A DNA stretch of 64,000 nucleotides from Planctomycetota bacterium (GTDB taxonomy: Bacteria; Planctomycetota; PLA2; JAEUHO01): contig CBDCTJ010000007.1 of NCBI GenBank assembly GCA_965222115.1, positions 672,001 through 736,000 of the forward strand, written 5' to 3'. The notes under the pieces are model-generated. The model made no database searches. It saw nothing but the letters and a program-made list of their open reading frames with translations, and was not told the origin of the DNA. Shown one piece after another: positions 19,076-29,100 of the stretch. Each line of letters starts with the position of its first letter. Position 1 is the first letter of the stretch. The position numbers and the translations under genes are program-made.

Positions 19076-19846
19076 CTAGACCTCGCGCCTTCGTGCCACA
19101 AACGCAACCGATTCCATGTTTTGTGTGATCGTGCCGCCCAGACTCACGATGCGTTGATGCATCGCTGCGTAGAAAGGCCGCTTCACGTTGTCTGGCAAGA
19201 CGATGTGATCCGTGTACGTTTCAAGAATTTGAAGGTATTCATCGGCACTTCGCACAAGTTGCCTGGGCCAGCGCGCCATGTCAACGATGCTAAAGATGTT
19301 GTGGACGTCAAACTCCGCATAGACCTGCTCGATGCGTTGATCGAGTGTCCTTCGAAACGGTGGGGGACTAACCGGCCAGAAGGATGCGTAAATGTCTTGC
19401 ACCTCCGCGAGAGGCGTTACGGGCCAGTTGACGAGTATTGCAAGTGTGCCGCCGGGCCCCATCCACGATGCGACGTTGTGTTCACGCACGTCGGGATCCA
19501 ACCAATGCCATGCCATGCCGGCATACACCATGTCTACGGGTTTTGCCGGTCCGCCCCACGCTTCAAAGAGTGCCTGTTCGAATCGTACATTGGCTTTGCC
19601 GCTCAGGCGGTTACGCGCTTCAGCCAACATCTCGCTCGATGCGTCGATCGCATGAATGGCGTAGCCGCGTTTTGCGAAGCCCATGGTTGCGAGCCCTGGA
19701 CCACAACCGAGCTCCAGGAGGTTTGCCCCCGACTCAAGCCCAGCCGTGGCGATCACCCAGTCATAGAGTGCTTCGGGATACCCCGGACGCACACGACCGT
19801 AGCCCTTCGCGGTGCGATCGAATACCGACGGGTCACGACGTGCCAT
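19076..19846 (-). CDS. Class I SAM-dependent methyltransferase
   Basis: RPGYP, LLELGCGPG and AWHWLD motifs. Confidence 0.9.
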   Translation of the reverse strand: MARRDPSVFDRTAKGYGRVRPGYPEALYDWVIATAGLESGANLLELGCGPGLATMGFAKRGYAIHAIDASSEMLAEARNRLSGKANVRFEQALFEAWGGPAKPVDMVYAGMAWHWLDPDVREHNVASWMGPGGTLAILVNWPVTPLAEVQDIYASFWPVSPPPFRRTLDQRIEQVYAEFDVHNIFSIVDMARWPRQLVRSADEYLQILETYTDHIVLPDNVKRPFYAAMHQRIVSLGGTITQNMESVAFVARRREV

Positions 19847-20042
19847 GTCGTCAAGCTACGCGCTCGAATCGAGCGTGTGCAGCGATTTGTTGATTCCCCG
19901 CCACCACCCGGCGTGCCTTGAGCCGAGACACTTCGGATTTGCGTATCCTTCGGGCTACGGGGTTGCCCTCTGTGAGTACTGACCACACATCTACGCCCAT
20001 CACCGGATCTTAAAGAGAGGCTTCGCGGGTAGTCTGTTTGCA

Positions 20043-21851
20043 ATGAGAGAAGTCGTTGCCATCTTGGCGGTTGTCGCGTTTACGGGCCTCGGTCTTCACT
20101 TCGGGCTTGCATCGAATGACGAGCGCAGTGAGGTGGTGCTGGAGGCACCTACTGCGAACGACGAGCGCACTGCCGTCAGTTCGGACGACATGCCCGCCAA
20201 GCGCAGCGTCAATTCCAAGCCTGTACGAGTTGCACGTAATCTCTTTGTTCGAGTGCGATATCCCGATCGATCGTATGCTGAAGGTATCTGGGTTCGTTGG
20301 CGCAACGATTCAGGCCGTAGCGAGCCGATGCAACTGGACGAGTATGGCTATGCGACGTTTTTCAATCTCAGGGCCACTCGCTATCGCGCGTTTGTCAGTG
20401 CGGACAAGTCGTTCCATGGGGAGTTCGAGATCGGGCAAGCGGATCTTGCTCTCGGTGAATCGCGAGTCGATGCAACGATTCCCAAGCCGAACGAAGTCAA
20501 GTTGCGCGTCACGCTGAATGGAGAGGCTGGGTTTCCGCAAGGGCTTGAATGGATCTATGCGGGAGACCCGCGACACCGCCTGAGCCCTGTTGACGCGATC
20601 GATCGCGAACAAGGAGTAGCGAGAGTCTTTTGGTATCCCACCTGTCGCGGCGAGCAGCGCGTTCTTGAGTTTGTTGCGCGTGACTGGGTCCTTCGGAAGC
20701 CATCCTCCAAGGTCGTAGTACTCGGAAGCGATGCGCGGCAAGTCACTCGTCACGTGGACCTCGTGTGGGGCGGCTCCATAGAACTACGCGTCAAGCGTCC
20801 CGCTTCGGGAACTCCTGAGCTGAGAATCCAACGGCTAGACGAGGCTACAGGTGTGTGGATCACTGACTACGCTCGTCGTACGGACTCCGTCGTGGGTCCC
20901 AATGCTCGAATCAGCCCACTTGCATCGGGTACGTACCGCGTAGTCTCCGTAACGGGTGGGTCGGTCAGTGATTCGGTAGATGTTCGGGCGGGCGAGGCGT
21001 CTCGCCTCACGTTTGATCTCAGCCAAGAGGTGGAGATTGAGGGATGTGTGCGGTCCGCCGTTGGAATCATTCCTTCAGACATCGAGATAGAGGTTCGCGG
21101 TCGCCAATTTAATGACGAGACGTTTCGCGACCGGGTACACGGCAATCGTAGCTATCCGCGTGTCCCCGTTAATCCGGATGGATCGTTTCAGGTGACGATC
21201 CCGGGTTCGCATGAAGTTGAGCTGCACCCCATACACAAACTACTCGTGCTTGATACCGAGCGTAGCGTGGCGAAGTTGACGCGTCCGCGCGACGATGTCT
21301 TCGTGAGATCAAGACCCGGTAGGCGCGTCTTGGTGCGTAAACACAAGGGCGGACGTCTAAAAAGAATTTTGGCATTTCGAGAACCGTTCACTGCGCACGA
21401 CCCCGGGATCAATATTGACTCGCGCTACCTTCGAAATGGGGATCTCGCCATACAGAACTTCCCACCAGGAACGTGGACTGTGTGGATTGACTCAGCCGGA
21501 TTCCTGCCCCTGGTGCTTCGAAACGTCGTCATCTCCAAAGAGGGCCGCGATCTCGGCGTGATCACTTTTGAGAGAGGCGTCCCGTTTCGCATGCGCTGCC
21601 TGCTTCCAGATGGGCAGCAGTCTCCCCCCAAGTTCGTAGTCCTGACGTCCACTACTCACCCGCGCTTTACGCGCCGGGGAGACTACAACGACGGATGGTT
21701 GACGTTTCGGGGTCTGACACCCGGTCGGTATCTGATTCAGATCAAGGACGGGTATTACGGACGAGTCTCGACGATTGCGGATGCGGTCTTTGATCCGGAG
21801 CATCCCATTGGGCCCCTCCTCGACTTGCGCCCGCCTCACTCCGACAAGTAA
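20043..21851 (+). CDS. Carboxypeptidase-regulatory-like repeat protein, shorter paralog of 12818-15784
   Basis: Colinear similarity to the C-terminal half of the 988-aa protein (YPD, ATF-x-NL, VTLNG, TFDLS, PDG-x-FQ, PPGTWT). Confidence 0.7.
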   Translation: MREVVAILAVVAFTGLGLHFGLASNDERSEVVLEAPTANDERTAVSSDDMPAKRSVNSKPVRVARNLFVRVRYPDRSYAEGIWVRWRNDSGRSEPMQLDEYGYATFFNLRATRYRAFVSADKSFHGEFEIGQADLALGESRVDATIPKPNEVKLRVTLNGEAGFPQGLEWIYAGDPRHRLSPVDAIDREQGVARVFWYPTCRGEQRVLEFVARDWVLRKPSSKVVVLGSDARQVTRHVDLVWGGSIELRVKRPASGTPELRIQRLDEATGVWITDYARRTDSVVGPNARISPLASGTYRVVSVTGGSVSDSVDVRAGEASRLTFDLSQEVEIEGCVRSAVGIIPSDIEIEVRGRQFNDETFRDRVHGNRSYPRVPVNPDGSFQVTIPGSHEVELHPIHKLLVLDTERSVAKLTRPRDDVFVRSRPGRRVLVRKHKGGRLKRILAFREPFTAHDPGINIDSRYLRNGDLAIQNFPPGTWTVWIDSAGFLPLVLRNVVISKEGRDLGVITFERGVPFRMRCLLPDGQQSPPKFVVLTSTTHPRFTRRGDYNDGWLTFRGLTPGRYLIQIKDGYYGRVSTIADAVFDPEHPIGPLLDLRPPHSDK

Positions 21852-21896
21852 GCAATCGAGTCCATTTTGGCTGCTTCCCAATTCGATCGACGGATC

Positions 21897-22511
21897 TCAG
21901 TCCTCTTTTTGCGACAAGCGCGTCTTGAGCCACGCGCGCGCGACGTACCACTCCGTTCGGATGAACGTTTCGGAGCGATGAAAGACGTGGGCCACATCAG
22001 CGACGGACATGCCGGCGAAGAATCGAAGTTCGACAATCCGCGCCTTGCTCTCGTCGTGGTCGGCAAGTTCTGAAAGCGCGTTGTCGAGTTCCAAAAGATC
22101 AAGGCCCAACTCATCGTCGCCAGACGAAAGGCCCGCCATGGTCACGCGCTGCCATCCTCCACCGCGTTTGGCGGCTTGACGCTTTCGTGCGTGATCGACA
22201 AGTATGTGTCGCATGGCGCGAGCGACGAGTGCGAGGAAGTGTGCACGATCACTTGGTAGGGCGTGCTCCGAATCAATGAGCCGCGCGTAGGCCTCGTGGG
22301 CAAGCGCTGTGGCCTGAAGCGTGTGTCCCTTGCGTTCCCCGCGCATGAGTGTGTGCGCGAGCCGACGTACCTCATCGTAGATCATGGGATCGAGGCGAGG
22401 ATCGGATGCATCGCCTCGTTCGCACATCGCGCGCAAGAGTTCCGCGGCCTCGGGCCTTGAGGCATCGCCTGAATCGTGAACCGAATCGTCGGTTGTTGGG
22501 TCACTCGACAT
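21897..22511 (-). CDS. ECF sigma factor, TIGR02999/ECF43-like (kinase-associated)
   Basis: YDEVRRLA...GHTLQATALAHEAY...RHILVDHAR...KRGG...VELRFFAG. Confidence 0.9.
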   Translation of the reverse strand: MSSDPTTDDSVHDSGDASRPEAAELLRAMCERGDASDPRLDPMIYDEVRRLAHTLMRGERKGHTLQATALAHEAYARLIDSEHALPSDRAHFLALVARAMRHILVDHARKRQAAKRGGGWQRVTMAGLSSGDDELGLDLLELDNALSELADHDESKARIVELRFFAGMSVADVAHVFHRSETFIRTEWYVARAWLKTRLSQKED

Positions 22512-22548
22512 AGACACTGCGCACATGATACGACCATGTGGCATGGTT

Positions 22549-25500
22549 TCATCGACTTCGGTGCATCACCATGGCGCTTGCTGCCACGCGATCGCGCGGC
22601 TCTAGGGTTGGGTCTGCCAGGCACGCCCGCAGCCGACCTTCAAGGTCGGAGGCCGCAAGCCACGTTCGATCAACGATGGGGGCAATGCGCGTGGCCTGCA
22701 GTGCGGCGAGGCGCTGCCGATGAAGACGTTTGGCGATGGTCGTGGTTGGCCAGAGTTTGACACTTCCATCCCCCGCGCCAGAGGCAAGCATGGTGCCATC
22801 GGGTGAAATGGCTAGTGCGCTCACGTAGTCGTTATGCCCGTGCATCACCATTAATTGGCGACGGTCATCCACGTCATAGAGATGAATGGTGCCGTCACGC
22901 AGTCCGAGCAACGCCCGGCTCCCGTCGTGCGTCAAGATCGCGGAAAGGACTTGGCTGTTGGTGGGGTGATGCCAGGGGTCGTCATCTCCCGCAGCATTTT
23001 GCACGGTAAAGCGTGCGTGGACGCCCGTTGGTGCGCCCGATGCCTGGATCACGCGCGTGGCCCGCCGCATGTGCTCACCCCAGCGCGGCGGAAGCGAAGC
23101 GGCTCGAGGATTTCGATATAGACGCATGGGATCCGTGTTCGTCTTCGGCGGGACTGGTCGCGAGGCCTCGGCAAATGAGACCGTGTCTATGCGGCCATCG
23201 TTGTCTACGAGCAATCCCTCACGTTCAAGCCCGAGTACAGCACGTGAAACAGGGCTCGAAAACACGACGCGTTTGCTCCACACATCCCACACGATGACGC
23301 CAGGCTTTGCGAGCTGCACAGCGAGGCGTTCCCCATCCGGGCTCCAGTCGAGTAGGTGCGCAGCGAAGTATCCTCGGTTCTCGCGCCGTACGTTCGCGAC
23401 CGCGGGATCATCAAAACTCAAGTGGCCCACTTCCTGTTCGGTCCATGTGTCCCAAATCACCACGCGACCATCCCAGGCAGCACTCGCAAGCCATCGGCCC
23501 CCGGGATGCCAGGCCAGGCGGTAGATGTAGGGGTAGGGTTGATGCCCGATCGCGTGGTCCAGTTCGCCCGTGGAGGGCATGGGAGGCCAGTCAATGACTG
23601 CGCCATGCGTGAGCGTGCGCATACTTCCATCAGGACGAAATCGCACAGCTTGCGCTGTCTTGACACCAACGCTGCTCGTACCGCTCATGGGGTTCTTCAA
23701 TCGTGCGTCCCACAGGGTGCGCCTGAGCGCACGACGCGCCAGATCCCAAATCTGAACGGACCCGTCGAGCAGAAGAATCGCGATCAGCGATTCGTGGCGT
23801 GCGAAATCGAAATCGGCCATACTCAAACCGATGCGATGACTCAGCATCCACGTTTCACCCGATGCGGTGTCTTGCACCATCGGTCGCCGAAGGCCGTTGA
23901 GCGTCAGGCGGCCGTCCGGGCTGAATCCGCGCAATGTAAGATCGCCCGGCAGGCGCGGTGTTTCGATGGCTGTTGAGGTCTTCAAGTCGTAGCAACGTCG
24001 GGTTCCACGTGGGTCGTAAGCACTAAGAAAGCGACCGCCGGATAAGTCAAGCCGATGGCCGGCGAGATACGTGCTTAGACGCGCATCATCGATCATCACG
24101 CCGGCGCGTATATCCACGATGCGAGGAGGCGATGCTTCACGCCACAATACGTACTCGCATTCACGAAACTCAGAGGCGAGCGATTGACTCGGAGACGTCG
24201 ACGTAACCGTTCGTGCGATTCGCCTCTGTTCGCAATCAATAACGATGAGCTGATCTTTAGAACTCACGATGAGTGAAGGGTCCTTCCCGTGACTCCACGA
24301 CAGGCGTCCTTCGGGCGAGGAATGCTCTTCATCAAAGAGAGGTTCGAGTCGGGCGGCGTTCAAGTCGACGTAGCAAATCGTTCCGTTGGCATCTCGGCAC
24401 GCCGCGCGATCTGGATGGGGCGAGACGATGACGCGCGCATGCGCTGGAAGGTTGGAGATCGTACGAATGGACGCTGCGTTGTGAGCATGGGCGCGAAGCA
24501 GACGAGCTTCGAGTGTTTGATCATTGTCGTTCAGTTTGAGTTGATCGAGGGTTCCGACTACTTCGCTCCAGCGTTCGGCCTCAACACCAAACCATGCGGC
24601 ACGCATGAGTGCGGCGCGATGATCGAGCGTGGCCCGTTTGGCGACTTGCTGCGCGCGAGTTTCTGCCTTGATGGCTGTGGATCGCTGCCATAGCGCAACC
24701 GCCAACCCACTCAACAACGCGACGCCGACAAGCGCCAAGAGCCCGAACGTTGCGCGGTTACGCCGAACGAGTTTGCGCATTTGATAGAAGCGCGACGGTG
24801 CACGTGCTTCGACCGGCTCGTGGCTTAGGTAGCGCCGCAAATCGTCACCAAACTCGCGGACGCTGCGGTAGCGTCGCGTGGCATCGGTCGCCAGAGCCTT
24901 GCTGAAAATCGCGCTCAAATCTTCGTCGATCGTCGGAACAAGCGTAGAGAGCGATGGTGCGTCGCGTTCGACGACCTGCTGGACCGCCTGATGAAGAGGT
25001 AGCCCCTGAACAATATGCGGTGGACGTTCGGCTAGCAGTTCATACCCCACAGCGCCGAGCCCATACACGTCCACGCGCACGTCAAGCGGTTCGCCCGTGC
25101 GCACGGCTTGCTCGGGGCTCATGTACGCAAGGGTTCCCATGAACAACCCCGAAGCGGTCAGACTCGCGTGGCCATGCTCATCATCAAACGTTCGACCGAT
25201 TCCGAAATCTAGTACGTGCGGGCGCCGCTCCGAATCGACAAGCACGTTGCTGGGTTTGAGATCGCGGTGCAGTACGCCGTTGTCATGCGCGTACTGAACG
25301 GCGTCGGCAACCGTGCGCAGGAGCGTCATGCGCGAGCGCACGTCCAGATCATGCTCTCGTACGTACTCGTGAATGGGAAGTCCCGCAATGTACTCCAGCA
25401 CGAGATAGGGCAAGGGCCCGGTCGGGGTCTTCATGCGACCCATCGAGTACACGCGTGCGATGCCCGGGTGGCGGAGGCGTGCGAGCAAGTGTCCCTCGGC

Positions 25501-25935
25501 TTCAAAGCGACGAATACTCTCGGGCGCCAACAGCTCGAGCCGGATGACTTTGATCGCAACGCGTCGGCTGGGGTTCTCTTGCTCGGCTTCATACACGGTG
25601 CCCATACCGCCGGATGCGATGAAGCGTGTAATCCGGTAAGGCCCTATGCGCTCTGGTATGCGACTGTCAATGAAGTCGCCGGCGGCGCGCGTCTCTGACC
25701 GAACGGCGCGTAGGGCCGATGCGTGCAGTCCCTGTTCGTCATCGTGCGCAGCCAGTTCCGCTTCATGGGCCACGAGCATGTCGAGCAGCACATCGCGCAC
25801 GGCCTCGCGGCCGGCGGTCTGCTGCATGAGAAAGGCGCGCGCGGCATCGCCGCTCAAATCTGCCCGTAGCAGTTCTGCGAAGATCTCGGAAACGAGTGCG
25901 AATTGCTCCGAGCTTAAGGCGGAAGACTGAGTCAT
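22549..25935 (-). CDS. Hanks-type Ser/Thr protein kinase with TM helix and WD40 propeller
   Basis: GGMGTVY, VAIK, HRDLKPSN, DFG and GTLAYMSPEQ; TM ATFGLLALVGVALLSGLAVALW; WD40 repeats (GHNDYVSALAISPDG). Confidence 0.93.
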   Translation of the reverse strand: MTQSSALSSEQFALVSEIFAELLRADLSGDAARAFLMQQTAGREAVRDVLLDMLVAHEAELAAHDDEQGLHASALRAVRSETRAAGDFIDSRIPERIGPYRITRFIASGGMGTVYEAEQENPSRRVAIKVIRLELLAPESIRRFEAEGHLLARLRHPGIARVYSMGRMKTPTGPLPYLVLEYIAGLPIHEYVREHDLDVRSRMTLLRTVADAVQYAHDNGVLHRDLKPSNVLVDSERRPHVLDFGIGRTFDDEHGHASLTASGLFMGTLAYMSPEQAVRTGEPLDVRVDVYGLGAVGYELLAERPPHIVQGLPLHQAVQQVVERDAPSLSTLVPTIDEDLSAIFSKALATDATRRYRSVREFGDDLRRYLSHEPVEARAPSRFYQMRKLVRRNRATFGLLALVGVALLSGLAVALWQRSTAIKAETRAQQVAKRATLDHRAALMRAAWFGVEAERWSEVVGTLDQLKLNDNDQTLEARLLRAHAHNAASIRTISNLPAHARVIVSPHPDRAACRDANGTICYVDLNAARLEPLFDEEHSSPEGRLSWSHGKDPSLIVSSKDQLIVIDCEQRRIARTVTSTSPSQSLASEFRECEYVLWREASPPRIVDIRAGVMIDDARLSTYLAGHRLDLSGGRFLSAYDPRGTRRCYDLKTSTAIETPRLPGDLTLRGFSPDGRLTLNGLRRPMVQDTASGETWMLSHRIGLSMADFDFARHESLIAILLLDGSVQIWDLARRALRRTLWDARLKNPMSGTSSVGVKTAQAVRFRPDGSMRTLTHGAVIDWPPMPSTGELDHAIGHQPYPYIYRLAWHPGGRWLASAAWDGRVVIWDTWTEQEVGHLSFDDPAVANVRRENRGYFAAHLLDWSPDGERLAVQLAKPGVIVWDVWSKRVVFSSPVSRAVLGLEREGLLVDNDGRIDTVSFAEASRPVPPKTNTDPMRLYRNPRAASLPPRWGEHMRRATRVIQASGAPTGVHARFTVQNAAGDDDPWHHPTNSQVLSAILTHDGSRALLGLRDGTIHLYDVDDRRQLMVMHGHNDYVSALAISPDGTMLASGAGDGSVKLWPTTTIAKRLHRQRLAALQATRIAPIVDRTWLAASDLEGRLRACLADPTLEPRDRVAASAMVMHRSR

Positions 25936-26168
25936 TGACGAAATCCTACGTTATCGGGAATTGCACCCGTTTGTCGAATGCTCTTCCAGACGTTCTTGCT
26001 AGGCGCAATACGGTCGCGCGTCATCGCAACAAAGTGGTCACGACCTTCGATAAGGGCGGGTTGTCGTTTTTTTCTCGTTTTCCGCGATGCGTACTCGCTG
26101 GTTTGCGCAATGGCGTGTGTGGGCGGTTCCTTCGCTCATTCCGTTCCGCGTTTTCTGGGAGGTGTCAC

Positions 26169-29100
26169 ATGCGACACGCCATCGTTCTGTTCTTGTTCGC
26201 TTTGGGCCTGTCCTTGCCGTGTTGCTCTGGGGGGGGAGGTGGGAATAGCCACGCATCGTTACTCTCCAACAGCACCGGTCATGACGACGACAATGACACG
26301 ATGGGCGCTGATCTCGAAACCGGGGGATGGGAAATTCTGATTGACGACAAGGGGTTTGGACCCTTTGGCACGGGTCAAACACTCACGCGGCGCTTTGTGA
26401 CAAGCGATCCACTGATTGCCGACACCGACGGGGATGGCCTTGACGACGCACAGGAGTTTTTGCTTCGTACCGATCCACGAAGTCCCGACACCGATGGCGA
26501 CGGCCTATCGGATCGCGATGAATGGCTTCGTTGGCTTACGTCTCCGGTAAGTGTTGACACCGATGGGGACGCGCGTGGCCCCGATCCCGACAGTCCTTTG
26601 GCGCCCAATCCAGATCTGTTTGACGGCGCCGAGCTTCAATTCGATGCAGACGGAAAGCTACTTGGAACTAGCACATCACCTACGTTGGCCGATACCGATG
26701 GTGACGGCAAGACGGATTATGAAGAAGTGGGGCACGCGTTCCGCAGTCTCGTCGTCGCAGAGATTCCTGAGGCGCAGATCCTTCTAGACGGGCCCATTGA
26801 TGTATTCCTCAATGTTGAATACGCGGAGTCACTGGGAACGGAGTCGACCTACGGCACGTCGGTGAGCACATCCCGTTCGTCCTCGATTGGGGCCAGCTCA
26901 TCGAGTACCGAAGAGTCACACATCAACACCAGTGTTGAAGTCACTGTCGGCACCGAAGTCGGCGCAAGTGCAGTTGGACCAGAGGCATCCGTATCGGGGG
27001 AAGTGTCGGCCGGTGTTGAAGTGGGGCAGATGTGGAGTTCGACCAACACCACCACAACCGAATCTTCACAAAGCATGCAGAACGAGTCTTCTAGGCTGGA
27101 AACAGATCGCCGCGAGAAATCCGAGATTTCGTCGAATGGCACGATCACCGCAGGCATCACCATCGAGAACACGAGCCCATCCACCACGGTACGTGTGGAG
27201 AGTCTCGGCATCTCCGTGCGCCATTGGCAGCAAGACGGTTTGGGTAATAAGACGTTTAAGACATTGGGCACACTTCGCCCCGACACCGTGGGTTTCACGT
27301 TGGCGCCTGGGGCGCGCTCGCCTGTGATTCAAGTACACACCGACGAAGTGTCTGTCGATGTTATGCGTCGCTTTATGGCGTCACCCGACAGCTTGCACTT
27401 GGCTCCCGCCTACTTCGACATGGTCGATGAGCAGGGCATTGACTTTAACTTCTTGGCAGAGAACGCATTTGCCCAGACCGCAACCCTCGAGATTGACTTT
27501 GGTGGTGGAGAGGTCGAGCGCCACCGAATTGCGACTAACGTGAATCGCACCGAGGACGGTGAGCTTGCCGGCATATCCCTCGGCGAAGTGCTGACCTCTG
27601 TTCTTGGCAAGTCCTGGACACAGGAGACGAGCACGAGCGACATCTGCGGTGAGCGGCCGCTGGTTCTTACAGAGATTGACGGCCGGATAGGGCTTGCGGG
27701 CTACCAGTTTGGCGTAACGCCTGATGTATATCGCGTGTGGCGAACGTCCATGAACCGAGCAGGATTTCGTCAGTGTGGCGACTGGTCAGATCTAGTGCTC
27801 ATGCCCGGAGACCACATGACACTGAGCTACGTCGAAGATTCCGATGGCGATGGACTGACCGATGGCGCAGAGCGCTATTTTGGTACGCAGGGCGTGATCG
27901 ACAGCGATGGCGATACGCTCGGGGATGGATTTGAAGTTGCGTATGGTTGGTGGGCCGGGGCGCCCGGTATTCAAGCGTCGGTTGCTATTGGCGACATTCC
28001 GACCGATCGCATCGTGCTTTCCTCCTTGGGGTATCCCAAGCGTGTGTTCTCCAATCCTCGTATCGCCGATACAGACGGCGATGGTCTTGACGATGCTGAG
28101 GAGCGATTCAAAGGCAGTGATCCAACTGTGCCCGACACGGATGGTGACGGGCAACTTGATGGCGTCGATCCGTTTCCCTTGATTGCTGGGAAGCGGCTTT
28201 ACGTGGACATCGACGTGGTGCCGACGGCAGATGGACCTTGGGCGAATGCAACGACGCGCATTCAGGATGCGACGGCGGCGGCGCGCGCATCAATCCTAGA
28301 CTTTGAAAGCGTGGTAGCCCCTGGCGCTGATCCCTTGATCGAACGAGTGGATGCGCTGCGCGATCCGAATGATGGCACGCTCTCTGCGTCGATTCGCGAT
28401 GCAGCAGCCCTGCTCGTCACGGAGATATGGGTTGCCGATGGTGAATACATCCTGCAAGATGCGACTGCATACTTCGAACTCGTCGAAGGCGTAGGCATGT
28501 ATGGCGGGTTTACCGGAGCGGGGCCCGGCGGTCTCGATGAACGAACACGTGGCGCTAGAAATCAGAATCCCCATGTCAACGGCACAGTACTCAACGGAAA
28601 CGGCATCGCCAATCGTGTGGTGTTGACAGGAGCCGTCGGTCGGACCGCGGTACTCGATGGTTTCGTGATCACCGGTGGCGTGAACACAGCCCCAGGGGCG
28701 CGTGGCGCAGGAATCTTCTGCGAAGGCTCGCCCACTCTACGCAATCTACTGATTACACAAAATACAGCGAATGGCGGGGCCGGTATGGCCGTCGTGAATG
28801 GAGCGCCACTGCTTGAGTCATGTCAGTTTGTGCAGAACGAATCCACGGGCGCGCTGGGCGGAGGACTGACGCTTCAAAACGGCGGCAGGACACAATCAGA
28901 GCCTCAACCCATTCTTCGAGCGTGTACGTTTTCCGCCAATCTCGGCTTCGGTGGAGGTGGAGGCGTAGCTGCGTGGGACACCGATGGCATGCTCATTGAA
29001 GAATGTGCGTTTCGAAGCAACAGTGGCGTCCCTGGCATTAACCATCAAATCGTTGGCGGCGGGTTGCATCTGCTCCGTTCAAAGGTGATTGTTCGAAACA

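Noticed and set aside
25896-26168. N-terminal extension of the 1348-aa ORF
   Set aside because: Overlaps the kinase start; the GGAGG RBS and signal peptide point to ATG 26169.
26421-28180. Recurrent GACACCGA(C/T)GG(C/T)GA(C/T)GG sequences as a CRISPR or DNA repeat array
   Set aside because: Irregular spacing and synonymous variation show they encode DTDGDG protein repeats.
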